Shown one piece after another: positions 1 to 10,596 of a DNA stretch of 64,000 nucleotides (the stretch's first letter is position 1; every line of letters starts with the position of its first letter). The stretch is from the NCBI GenBank assembly GCA_965240325.2, contig OZ251228.1, positions 1,922,001 through 1,986,000 on the forward strand, given 5' to 3'. A program made the position numbers and the translations under genes. Below the pieces are notes generated by a model, which was given only the letters and a program-made list of their open reading frames with translations, searched no databases and was not told the DNA's origin. Origin of the DNA: Rebecca billardiae RCC1528. Its lineage: Eukaryota > Protista > Haptophyta.

Positions 1-822
1 ACGCGGCGGTGGATCTTGACGACCTGATGACCGAATTGGCGCCGGCGGTCGGTGGCGAGCGACGACGAGCCGCTGATGCGCCTGACAGCTGACATGACGC
101 TGAGTGACACTGACGGGTATGAGCGCGAGAGGTTGCTGACGATGCGTGTATACAAACACGGTGTATGTAGTCGTATGCCCCGGCGGCGAAGGTCTGACAG
201 CAGCAGCATAGTAACACTACATATGCGCCCAGCAGTCAGCACACAGATCGTCAATCAGCAATCAGACATCGTCAATCTCTTACCAGCCCGCAGCCTGCGA
301 AATCCGCCATTTTGGCCGGTTTTGCTCGAAACATCCACACCTTGACACCGGTGGGAGAACGAGCCTGTTGCAGGTGCCGAACCCGTGTTTGCCGCCGAGC
401 ACGTCCGCGCACGCCGGCAAGCGAGCGTTGCGCATCCACGCCAAACACATGCGCACCAGGCAGACGCGAGAACTCGCCCTTAAAAGCCCTCCTGCGCGCG
501 CGCGCGCGCGTTGCGGCGCGGCGGGCGGGCGGGCGTGATGCGTTGCACGCAAAGCAGATGGTGCCTGCGCGCGGCGAGGGCGGCGAGGGAGGGCGGGAGC
601 GCGCGCGAATGAGGCCGGTAGGTGTCCTGACCCGCGCCCGCAGCGCGCGCGCACCCGCAGCGGCCGTATGTGAGCGAACGAGCGCGCCGCGCGTGGCCGC
701 CATCGTGTCGCTGTGCGGTTGGGGGCGCCGCCCGTGGGTTTGTGGGATAAGCCCGGGGCACCTCACTCGCCTGAAACTCCAGGGAGCGTCTGCGCACAAG
801 GCTCGCGCTAGCCGGCCAGGTC

Positions 823-1936
823 GATCACACCGGCTGCACCAAGGGGCCTTCATTCGGCAAAGCCGGGCGACGCGCGCGCCAGCCGGTGCGCTACGCACAA
901 GCTGGTCGGCATGGTCGACGTAACGAGCCCCAAGTGTGATCACACCGGCTGCACCAAGCGGCCTTCGTTCGGCATGCCGGGCGACGCGCGCGCCAGCCGG
1001 TGCGCTACGCACAAGCTGGCCGGCATGGCCGACGTGAAGAACCCCAAGTGTGATCACGCGGGCTGCACCAAGGGGCCTTCTTTCGGCATGCCGGGCGACG
1101 CGCGCGCCAGCCGGTGCGCCACGCACCAGCTGGCCGGCATGGTCAACGTGGTGAGCCCCATGTGTGATCACACCGGCTGCACCAAGTGGCCTTCGTTCGG
1201 CATGCCGGGCGACGCGCGCGCCAGCCGGTGCGCCACGCACAAGCTGGCCGGCATGGTCAACGTGGTGAGCCCCACGTGTGATCACACCGGCTGCACCAAG
1301 GGGCCTTCGTTCGGCATGCCAGGCGACGCGCGCGCCAGCCGGTGCGCTACGCACAAGCTGGCCGGCATGGTCGACATCAAGAACCCCAAGTGTGATCACG
1401 CGGGCTGCACCAAGCAGCCTTCGTTCGGCATGCCGGGCGACGCGCGCGCCAGCCGGTGCACTACGCACAAGCTGGCCGGCATGGTGGACGTGAGGAGCCC
1501 CACGTGTGATCACACCGGCTGCACCAAGGGGCCTTCGTTCGGCATGCCGGGCGACGCGCGCGCCAGCCGGTGCGCTACGCACAAGCTGGCCGGCATGGTC
1601 GACGTGAAGAACCCCAAGTGTGATCACGCGGGCTGCACCACGCGGCCGTACTTCGGCATGCCGGGCGATACGCGCCCCAGCCGGTGCGCTACGCACAAGC
1701 TGGCCGGCATGGTGGACGTGGTGCACCCCAAGTGCGGTGAGGCCGGCTGTACCACACGGCCTTCGTTCGCCATGCCGGGCGTAGCGCGCGCCAGCCGATG
1801 CGCTACGCACAAGCTGGCCGGCATGGTCGACGTGAAGAGCCCCACGTGTGATCACGCGGGCTGCACCACACGGCCTTCGTTCGGCATGCTGGGCGACGCG
1901 CGCGCCAGCCGGTGCGGTACGCACAAGCTGGCAGGC
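823..1936 (+). repeat. 114-bp coding tandem repeat, 9 full units plus 1 partial unit
   Basis: Units start at 911, 1025, 1139, 1253, 1367, 1481, 1595, 1709 and 1823. The upstream partial unit has a +1 indel (ttcggcaaagccg vs ttcggcatgccg). Confidence 0.9.
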
Positions 1937-2347
1937 ATGCTTCCGCTGTCACGTGGCAACAGCAGCGTTCACGTGGCCAAGAGCTCGGCCTCCATGCACT
2001 CCCAGATCGGTTCCAGCAAACGTCCCCGGGCACAGCACTGCGTTGCCGATGGGCCTGCACGTGCTCTGCGCGCAAGGCCCAGCATTGCCCTGCTGCCTGC
2101 CAATGCAACAGGCTGGCCACAAGGCGAGGCGACTGTGTCTCCAATGCTGCTACCCATTGTAATGGGCGAAGAATTCATCCCCTCTGGCTCGATGCAGCCG
2201 CAGGTCGTGGGTCACCTTCAGACTCAGGATCATCCAATGGCATCCGTGTCGGCGGTGCTCCCGCCAGAGGCGCCAGAGCTCCCTGTGGTTACTGTGGGTC
2301 AGATCGACTACTACCACGCGCCGCTGGTCAGCAGATTGACGAACTGA
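911..2347 (+). CDS. EsV-1-7-type cysteine-rich repeat protein (9 x 38-aa C-x4-C-x16-C-x2-H units plus a unique C-terminal tail)
   Basis: Nine 114-bp units, consensus MVDVKxPKCDHxGCTKxPSFGMPGDARASRCATHKLAG, matching the EsV-1-7 motif pattern. True start uncertain because a frameshifted partial unit lies at ~823-910. Confidence 0.8.
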   Translation: MVDVTSPKCDHTGCTKRPSFGMPGDARASRCATHKLAGMADVKNPKCDHAGCTKGPSFGMPGDARASRCATHQLAGMVNVVSPMCDHTGCTKWPSFGMPGDARASRCATHKLAGMVNVVSPTCDHTGCTKGPSFGMPGDARASRCATHKLAGMVDIKNPKCDHAGCTKQPSFGMPGDARASRCTTHKLAGMVDVRSPTCDHTGCTKGPSFGMPGDARASRCATHKLAGMVDVKNPKCDHAGCTTRPYFGMPGDTRPSRCATHKLAGMVDVVHPKCGEAGCTTRPSFAMPGVARASRCATHKLAGMVDVKSPTCDHAGCTTRPSFGMLGDARASRCGTHKLAGMLPLSRGNSSVHVAKSSASMHSQIGSSKRPRAQHCVADGPARALRARPSIALLPANATGWPQGEATVSPMLLPIVMGEEFIPSGSMQPQVVGHLQTQDHPMASVSAVLPPEAPELPVVTVGQIDYYHAPLVSRLTN

Positions 2348-3142
2348 TGATGACGATTGCTGACGACATCTATCTGAAAGTATAAGCAGTACGGAGTCTG
2401 TTCAGTTGATCAATGTAGACGGTTACGCTACGAAGACTCTGTAGAGTACGTAGTACAGGCAATCATTGCAGGCAATAATAATATATTTATAAGCGGACGA
2501 GCTGCTGCTGTCATCACGATAAGATTAATTATAAGAAACTCAGAGACAGATAAATCATAAATTGCCAACTGCCCGACTGGCGGGGCTTGCGGCTTGCCCG
2601 ATGCTATCTGATGCGGATCATCTGGCCTAGAAATTCTGAGACTACCGATTGGCTGGTTCGCTATACGCATAGTCACGTACTAAGAAACCAGGACTCTACG
2701 TCACGTCGCGGCTGGCAAGTGGTCCGCCGAGGCGCAGTCGGCAGTGCGCAGCCCGTGGGACGCGGCGCGCGACCGGACTACGAGTACAGGCCAATAATAA
2801 GTCCCGACTTCTCCTGATGACTGACTCCTGGCCAGTGCACCGCAGTATCCATGCAACATCATGCCAGATTTGCTCCAAAATGGCCCAAAATGTTTCTTCG
2901 GCCTCGCCGGCCGGGCCTAAAGACTCAAGCGGGGGGCTCTGCCCCCCTGCGCCGCCCCCCGCGCCTGCGCAGCGGGCGGACCTAGCTAAGAAACTGAGAC
3001 TCCGTAGGCGCTCGGGCTACCGAACGGCTAAGAAACCGAGACTAGCCGTGAGATCTCTGATGACTTCTTATTGCCCGCGATTGCCTGTACAGTGCTAAGA
3101 CTGGTAGACTTTCGTCGCTACTTGACTCAGCTCTCTGCTACG

Positions 3143-3196
<54 letters not shown>

Positions 3197-4301
3197 TAAT
3201 TATAACTGCTTGCTATATATATAACTTAATTATAACTGCTTGCTATGTGCCCTCTGCCTGCCAATGCAACAGGCTGGCCACAAGGCGAGGCGACTGTGTC
3301 TCCAATGCTGCTACCCATTGTAATGGGCGAAGAATTCATCCCCTCTGGCTCGATGCAGCCGCAGGTCGTGGGTCACCTTCAGACTCAGGATCATCCAATG
3401 GCATCCGTGTCGGCGGTGCTCCCGCCAGAGGCGCCAGAGCTCCCTGTGGTTACTGTGGGTCAGATCGACTACTACCACGCGCCGCTGGTCAGCAGATTGA
3501 CGAACTGATGATGACGATTGCTGACGACATCTATCTGAAAGTATAAGCAGTAGAGTCTGTTCAGTTGATCAATGTAGACGGTTACGCTACGAAGACTCTG
3601 TAGAGTACGTAGTACAGGCAATCATTGCAGGCAATAATAATATATTTATAAGCGGACGAGCTGCTGCTGTCATCACGATAAGATTAATTATAAGAAACTC
3701 AGAGACAGATAAATCATAAATTGCCAACTGCCCGACTGGCGGGGCTTGCGGCTTGCCCGATGCTATCTGATGCGGATCATCTGGCCTAGAAATTCTGAGA
3801 CTACCGATTGGCTGGTTCGCTATACGCATAGTCACGTACTAAGAAACCAGGACTCTACGTCACGTCGCGGCTGGCAAGTGGTCCGCCGAGGCGCAGTCGG
3901 CAGTGCGCAGCCCGTGGGACGCGGCGCGCGACCGGACTACGAGTACAGGCCAATAATAAGTCCCGACTTCTCCTGATGACTGACTCCTGGCCAGTGCACC
4001 GCAGTATCCATGCAACATCATGCCAGATTTGCTCCAAAATGGCCCAAAATGTTTCTTCGGCCTCGCCGGCCGGGCCTAAAGACTCAAGCGGGGGGCTCTG
4101 CCCCCCTGCGCCGCCCCCCGCGCCTGCGCAGCGGGCGGACCTAGCTAAGAAACTGAGACTCCGTAGGCGCTCGGGCTACCGAACGGCTAAGAAACCGAGA
4201 CTAGCCGTGAGATCTCTGATGACTTCTTATTGCCCGCGATTGCCTGTACAGTGCTAAGACTGGTAGACTTTCGTCGCTACTTGACTCAGCTCTCTGCTAC
4301 G

Positions 4302-4349
<48 letters not shown>

Positions 4350-4409
4350 TAATTATAACTGCTTGCTATATATATAACTTAATTATAACTGCTTGCTATG
4401 TGCCCTCTG
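2093..4409. repeat. ~1.16-kb tandem duplication (2093-3253 and 3254-4409)
   Basis: Identical ORFs recur at offsets of 1159-1161. Copies differ by a 2-bp indel and (AT)25 vs (AT)22. The second copy duplicates only the 3' end of the repeat gene (3245-3508). Confidence 0.9.
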
Positions 4410-5074
4410 TGAAATATACCGCAGTCTATCCGATTATATCCGTAACGAATGATTAAGCTAGCGCCGCAGCTGATTATATTACTTCTTAAATAATGGCCCG
4501 CGGTACAGGGCGGAGCGCGTAGCGTGGAGCCCCGCCGGGGGCCCTCACTACGTTGTCAAAAAGATCTTTTGATCAAAGAAAGGGGGACGGGGGACGATTT
4601 TCAGGGCTGTTGGAGGGTGAGTTTTCGATTAACGGCCCGATGTCGTGCGTCCCCAAGCGCATCAACGCGTTCCGCATGCCGAGCCGGTTCGCGTGCGCGT
4701 CCAGGAATCAGGATTTCTGATCCGATGTCTTGCGCGACCAGAGTGCGCGCGCGCCCGCGCCCCCGCGTTTGACTGCGGTCGAGGGTTCACGACCCACTGG
4801 TCATCGCGGGGAACGATCGCCGGACCGCCCAGTGGTTCCGGAGTGGATCACTGTTGTCTGTTGCTGGGCGGAGTCCGGCCCCGGGCATTATACAATAATA
4901 ACATTAATATGGCGCAGATATTCGTATACTGACAACGTGACGGCCTTCGAGCTTTATTCTGATTACTCACGTCCGGGCGCGCCTATTTCGGCAATCGCGT
5001 CTTGTCGGAATAGACAGCAATGTACGGAGTGTACCCCTCAACCCTCATATATATATATATATGTGCGGCCGTCA

Positions 5075-6310
5075 TCACGCCGCGGCGCGCAATGCCAGCA
5101 GCTGCGGCCGCAGGCAGCGCAGCAGCCGGCGGTGGCCCTCCCCATTTGGGTGCAGCGCGTCAGGCATCAGCTCGCGGGCGACGATCGGGTCTTGCCACTC
5201 ACGCGCGTCCTCGCCTGAGCCGCGCGCTTCGGCGCTCCCGCTGAACCGCCGGCGCTGCCGCTTGGCGACGAAGCTCCACGACGGGAAGAGCATCCGCTCG
5301 CCGTTGGGCGCGGCGCGTCGGAAGATGTGACCGCAGCTGGCGAGCGCAATGCGCCCGCCGTGCTGCGGCGGTGCGCTGACGGCGTCGGCAGCGGCGTCGG
5401 CGCGCATGGCCACGCTGAGCTCGGCAACCACGCGCGCCAGCCCGCGGTTCGTCTCCTCCAGCACCGCCTCGAACGAGCGCATCGGCCGGCCGCCCTCGTC
5501 GCAGCGCGGAGGGCAGATGCGCTTCAGCACCGGTCTGTCATTGCGCGGCAGCAGGCTGTTCACCAGGACGGAGGCGCGGCTGTTGTGCAGCAGCCAGCTC
5601 GCGACGGCGCGCACGCCGGCAATCGTCTCGTTCGCCGTGTGCCCCTGCCCGATGTTGTTCGTGCCGATGTGCAGGTTCACCACCGCGCGCGCGCGCCGCA
5701 GGCCGGGTGGCAGCTCTCCGTTCTGCAGCCGCCACAGCAGGTGCTGTGTCTGGTCGCCCGAGATGGCGAGGACGAGGGAGTGCGCGAACTCGGACGGGTC
5801 GAAGGCCGCCTGCAGCGCCTCGGGGGCGCCCTCGCACCGCGCGGCGGGCTGCCCCAGCTTCGTGCCCACGTAGCTCTCCGTGATCGAGTCCCCAATCATG
5901 AGCAGCGCACACGGCGGCTCGGCAGCCGGACCGACAGCGCTCTTCTCGTGGAGCCGGTGCTCGGCGGCGGTCAGCTCGGCTTCGGCCTGACGCGCTAAGC
6001 GGATGTTGCGCCGGTGGGTCTGCCACCACGACAGGCAGAGGCCGCGCGTGTTCACCGTCACGTGCGTGCGCGGCGTTGGCGCCGTGGCGCGCTCGTGGCA
6101 CTCGCCCTGCGAGGTGCACATGCGCACGTGCTTGTCGAATGGGCCGAGCGCGGCGCACGCGCGGTCCAGGTCCTCGTCATGCTGGGACGAAGCAACGGCG
6201 AGGGAGGCATTCGTCGGCGCCGCCGCGCCGAGCGCCAACGCGCCGACGACCGCCAGGCCGAGCAGGTGGGTGCACCTGCGCCGCGCGCCACGTGCAGCGT
6301 CCGCCATCAT
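5075..6310 (-). CDS. SGNH/GDSL hydrolase (PAF-acetylhydrolase Ib-like), probably secreted
   Basis: Blocks IGDSITE, AISGDQTQHLLWRL, HIGTNN and DALHP; hydrophobic N-terminus LLGLAVVGALALG. Confidence 0.85.
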   Translation of the reverse strand: MMADAARGARRRCTHLLGLAVVGALALGAAAPTNASLAVASSQHDEDLDRACAALGPFDKHVRMCTSQGECHERATAPTPRTHVTVNTRGLCLSWWQTHRRNIRLARQAEAELTAAEHRLHEKSAVGPAAEPPCALLMIGDSITESYVGTKLGQPAARCEGAPEALQAAFDPSEFAHSLVLAISGDQTQHLLWRLQNGELPPGLRRARAVVNLHIGTNNIGQGHTANETIAGVRAVASWLLHNSRASVLVNSLLPRNDRPVLKRICPPRCDEGGRPMRSFEAVLEETNRGLARVVAELSVAMRADAAADAVSAPPQHGGRIALASCGHIFRRAAPNGERMLFPSWSFVAKRQRRRFSGSAEARGSGEDAREWQDPIVARELMPDALHPNGEGHRRLLRCLRPQLLALRAAA

Positions 6311-6366
6311 GCGCGAATGATGAGCAATCTTATTCGTCAGCACATAGATGAGCATCTAGGCCGTTA

Positions 6367-7912
6367 TGGCGGGGGCCGCCGTAGGTCCGCCCCTTGTAGT
6401 GCCCGGGAAAAAGATAAGAAAAAGAAAAATAAAAAAGAAAATCGCCTCACAGAGAAAAGAAAATCGCTTCGCTCACTACCGGGCGCCCTCGCAGCTCCCA
6501 CTGGGGACGCTCGGCCGAAAAAGAGTTAGCGGATGGCGCGGAGCGCGTGGGCCGCGCGCGCCAAATCCAACGCCGGCGCGGACATCGCGCGATGATTCCC
6601 TAGACGGGTTTTCGCCCGATTCGCGATTGCTGCCCTCGTCGTCTCGCGTGCAGGTCGAACGGGGGCTAAATCGACGCGTTTGGAGCGGTACGCTCGGCGC
6701 GTCGACACGATCGTGAGACCTGGGGCGATCCTCGCCCGACGTGCACGTCGAAAGCTCGCACCGGCCATAGCATCATGCGCTGCGCACGATGACCGCCTCG
6801 CGCGATCCACCGTCGCGCGTCGGGCTCGGTGCGAGAAAGCCCTCATCACGAGGCGTCTCGCGGGCGGGAAGCGCCATCGCACGCGACGCAAGATTCGGCG
6901 CGGCCTTCTGAACTCGATCGCCGGAATCCGCGCACCGGACTTTATAGGTGAGCCCACGTCCCGACGTCCGGCCTGCATGGCGTCGACGGTGACCAATGCG
7001 ACGGAAGCGCAGCGCCAACGGCGTACGACGCGCAGCGGACGCACCTCCCGGGTCTGTCGCCGTGGCAGCAACCGCGTCATCGCGAGTTGGCGACCCTCGC
7101 CGCAGCGCGACACAGACAAGCCCGTGATGCCATCCGCAGAGAGATGAAACGTCGAGCATGCAACATCGCCGCGCCATGGCCTCGTCCATGGCGCAGGCGC
7201 TGCGGGACGAGGCGGAAGTCGTCACGCCGGTGACGAATGCGCTGCGATTCGTGTGCTCGCGTGAGCAGCGCTTGCCCACTCTCGATCGCGAGTGGCACAC
7301 GCTGTCGCTGTGCGCGCGCGCGCGCACAACCAACAGCTCCTCGTGCCGCCGAGCACGCGAGCGCCAGACCTGTCGAAGATGCGAAGAGCGACGACCGCGT
7401 AAACGTCAACGCGCTCGTGCTCAGCGTGGCGGCCGTGTACGACGTCAACGCGACCTGCGCCGAGCCCATCATGCCTGGAGCGGACACCGGCAAGCATCCT
7501 CGCGACGACCGCTCTCGGCTGGCGGCAGGAGGACATGCACATGATCTACTCTGGCGGCTTCGTCGGCGGCGAGGCGCTCGATTACGCCATCGCGGTCGAC
7601 ATGCGGCACATACAGCGCGTACCCGCGCTCGCGCGGAGCAACGGGCTACCCGCCCCGCCCCGCGTGCTGCACATTCCCTCGTGGGTGTGGGCCTCGCTGA
7701 TGCGTATACAGTACTCTAAGAGCCCGACAGACCGTGAAACGTGTGTACATCACGTCGGGGAGCCAACTTCACGTGTCACTGGTCCTTGCACTCGACTGTC
7801 CGTCACCCACGGCCACGAGCGAATGTGGAAAGACGCGAACCCGCAAAGGATACATTGCGACAGCACTGGCACGGCCCGCCGACCCCCCGCCCGCCAGGGC
7901 ACAGTTTTTATT
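6367..7912. mobile_element. Dispersed ~1.5-kb repeat, copy 1; non-autonomous Helentron/Helitron-like element
   Basis: Highly similar to the reverse complement of 52344-53884. One end has a GC stem-loop + TTGTAGTGCCCGGG + AG-rich tract; the other end is CCAGGGCACAGTTTTT (short subterminal IR, T-run). The repeat is certain; the class is inferred. Confidence 0.6.
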
Positions 7913-8073
7913 CAGGGCCTGAGAACTAGGAAGTAGATATTGTAGATGAAAAGTATCGTCCGTGTTTCAGGGTCGGTCTTCCGAGCCCCCCCACGCTTTT
8001 TCCCCAGCCCGAGCCCGAACATTGTTGTATGAGGACCTATTGCGAACGCGGGGGCGTGGAGGCCTCCCCAGGA

Positions 8074-8144
8074 TGACGAAACTTGGCCGGGACCAAGTGT
8101 TGTTGGAAATCCAAACAACACTTGGTCCCGGCCAAATTTCGTCA
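8074..8144. repeat. Near-perfect hairpin (~31-bp stem)
   Basis: tgacgaaacttggccgggaccaagtgttgtt ... aacaacacttggtcccggccaaatttcgtca, one mismatch. Confidence 0.9.
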
Positions 8145-9147
8145 CATACTATCTCGTCCCGAAAGATCGCAGGACGGAAGCTTCTGTGACTTCCAACATC
8201 GGCCCACGAGAGGGTCGAGAGCATGCCGTGCGTGCGTGCGGCGGTCGGCGGAGACAAGTACGACCGGCGCGTTCGCGCGCGCGCTCGTATGCTCGGCGGC
8301 GGTGGTGTTGAGGCTGGCCAGTCACGTGTGACGCCTGGCTGCGCTCGCGTGCTTGAGCGCAGCTTGTGCGGCGCAAGCCTCCGTTGTGTGATCTGACGTG
8401 CGCAGAATGCACTCGTCGCGCCTTGCGCCCGGAGCGTTTGAATTCGTAGAAGATTTCGACTCAGCCACGATGCAAACGGTCGTGCGTGTCTCCAGAAGAC
8501 ACTTACGAGCAGGGCTCGACCGTGGCATGCCCACCATCTCCTCATATCATCTCGCTTAGCTGTCTGCGCACACGCGACCAGCTCCACCGTGCTCGGCTGT
8601 CGGCGCCCGCTTGCGCGGTCGGTCGGTGGGACACCTGGTTGCCTACATTGCACACACGAGCTTCTCTTTGCAGATCAAGTGTGCGTTGGCGCTCTGACTG
8701 CCGCCCCTCGCCGACATCATGCGCACGAGAAGGGCCTGCACGTGCACGACAGGGACGCTAGGGTCGCGGGCTGCCCTCGCTGCTTCTCCTAGGCTCCCTT
8801 GGACGAGCAGGTGCCGATCCTCCCGCAATCTCAATAGCTACCGGCGCAACTCCAAAACGGAAAGGAAATGCTCGCAAGAACGCCCGCGGCCCCTCGTTTT
8901 GAGCCCGAACATTTTTGTAAGCCACCCTAGACAAATGCTTCAGGACAGATACCCGTCTGGGCGAGCTTGCGGGGGCTCGGAAGAACGACCCTCAGGCCGC
9001 GCAGGCACCGCCAACCGGCGCGAGCGCGCTCCTCAGCCTGCTGGGCAGGCGTGAGTCCCGGTGAACGGCGAACTCGATCGTCGGAAGCAGCGGAAGTCTC
9101 GATCGCGCCTTTCTCCAGTCACTCCGCCGTCACGAGCGACGGCTGCG

Positions 9148-10596
9148 ATGGCGTCCGTGCCGAACGCGCACCCGTACGCATGGCCTTACGACGGCGCAAT
9201 CAAGCGCGAGACCACCGCGCTCATCATCATCGACATGCAGGTCGACTTCTGCGGCGTCGGCGGTTACGTCGAGCAGATGGGATACGACATCTCGCTCACG
9301 CGCGCGCCGATCGCGCCGCTCAGCAAGCTGCTCGCGGCGGCGCGCGCCGCGGGGGTGCGCGTGATCCACACGCGTGAGGGACACCGCCCCACGCTGAGCG
9401 ACCTGCCGGAGAACAAGCGCGTGCGCTCGAAGGGCATCGGCGCGGAGATTGGCGCGCCCGGGCCGTGTGGCCGCGTGCTCACGCGCGGCGAGCCGGGCTG
9501 GGAGATCATCCCGGAGCTGGCGCCACTGCCGAGCGAGGATGTCATCGACAAGCCTGGCAAGGGCTGCTTCATGGCCACCGATCTCGACCACCTCCTCCGC
9601 ACCGCCGGCGTGCGCCACCTGCTGATCGGCGGCATCACGACGGACGTGTGCGTGCACACGACGATGCGCGATGCCAACGACATGGGCTACGAGTGCCTGC
9701 TGCTGTCGGACGGCACGGCGGCGACGGACCCGAGCAACCACAAGGCGGCGCTCGCCATGGTGGGCATGCAGGGCGGCGTCTTCGGCGCCGTCGCCGACTG
9801 CGACGCCGCCGCGCGCATGCTGCAGGCGCTCGGCCCGGCCAAGCCGCCGCCGCCGCCGCCGGCCGCGGCGCGCAAGGCGCCTCTCGGCGAGCTCAAGCTG
9901 CCCAAGGCGAGCCCGCGCGAGTTCAAGGCGCCGGGCTCGGGGCTCGCGCTCATCATGATCGACTTCCAGCGCGACTTCTTCGAGCCCGGCGGCTTCGCCG
10001 CGCAGCTCGGCAACGACATCTCGCAGCTGGCGCCGTGCGTCGAGCCCGCGAAGCGACTGCTCGCCGCGGCGCGCGCGGCGAGCGTGACCGTCGTGCACAC
10101 GCTCGAGTGCCACGCGGCGGACGGCTCGGACCTGCCGCCGGCGAAGAAGGCGCGGTGCCCGTCGATCGGCGAGGTCCTCGACCCCGCGCGCGGCCGCATC
10201 CTCATCGAGGGCGAGCCCGGCAACGCGATCATCGACTCGCTCGCGCCGGTGGGCGGCGAGCTGATCGTGAACAAGCCGGGCAAGGGCGCGTTCTGGCTGA
10301 CGGGCCTTCACGAGCGGCTGCAGGCGGTGGGCGTGACGCACCTGCTCTTCGCCGGCGTGACGACGGAGGTGTGCGTCCAGACCACGATGCGCGAGGCCAA
10401 CGACCGCGGGTACGACTGCTGCCTCGTCACCGACGCCACCGGCTCGTATTTCCCCGAGTTCAAGAAGTCGGCGATTGAGATGGTCACCGCGCAGGGGGGC
10501 ATCGTCGGCTGGGCGGCGTCGGGCGACGAGGTGTGCGCCGCGCTCGGCGAGCTGGCGGGCAAAGGCTTCAGCACCGTGCCGTGCCGCCAGCAGTGA
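9148..10596 (+). CDS. biuH-trtA: Two-domain cysteine hydrolase: biuret hydrolase (BiuH)-like N-domain fused to triuret hydrolase (TrtA)-like C-domain
   Basis: Domain 1: PYAWPYDG, IIIDMQ, HTREGHRP, DKPGKG, GITTDVCV, RDAND, MQGGVFG. Domain 2: DFQRDFFEPGGF, HTLECH, GVTTEVCVQTTMREANDRG, SYFPEFK, AQGGIVGW. Both retain the Asp-Lys-Cys triad. No introns. Confidence 0.88.
   Translation: MASVPNAHPYAWPYDGAIKRETTALIIIDMQVDFCGVGGYVEQMGYDISLTRAPIAPLSKLLAAARAAGVRVIHTREGHRPTLSDLPENKRVRSKGIGAEIGAPGPCGRVLTRGEPGWEIIPELAPLPSEDVIDKPGKGCFMATDLDHLLRTAGVRHLLIGGITTDVCVHTTMRDANDMGYECLLLSDGTAATDPSNHKAALAMVGMQGGVFGAVADCDAAARMLQALGPAKPPPPPPAAARKAPLGELKLPKASPREFKAPGSGLALIMIDFQRDFFEPGGFAAQLGNDISQLAPCVEPAKRLLAAARAASVTVVHTLECHAADGSDLPPAKKARCPSIGEVLDPARGRILIEGEPGNAIIDSLAPVGGELIVNKPGKGAFWLTGLHERLQAVGVTHLLFAGVTTEVCVQTTMREANDRGYDCCLVTDATGSYFPEFKKSAIEMVTAQGGIVGWAASGDEVCAALGELAGKGFSTVPCRQQ

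Noticed and set aside
272-1924. 550-aa antisense repeat ORF, and many other long Arg/Ala-rich overlapping ORFs in the window
   Set aside because: Shadow ORFs caused by high GC and codon bias of the real genes.
911-1936. CRISPR-like array
   Set aside because: Units are contiguous, in-frame coding repeats with no unique spacers and no cas genes.
306-2885. 10-bp inverted match GCCATTTTGG/CCAAAATGGC around the repeat gene as TIRs
   Set aside because: Too short and no TSD found.
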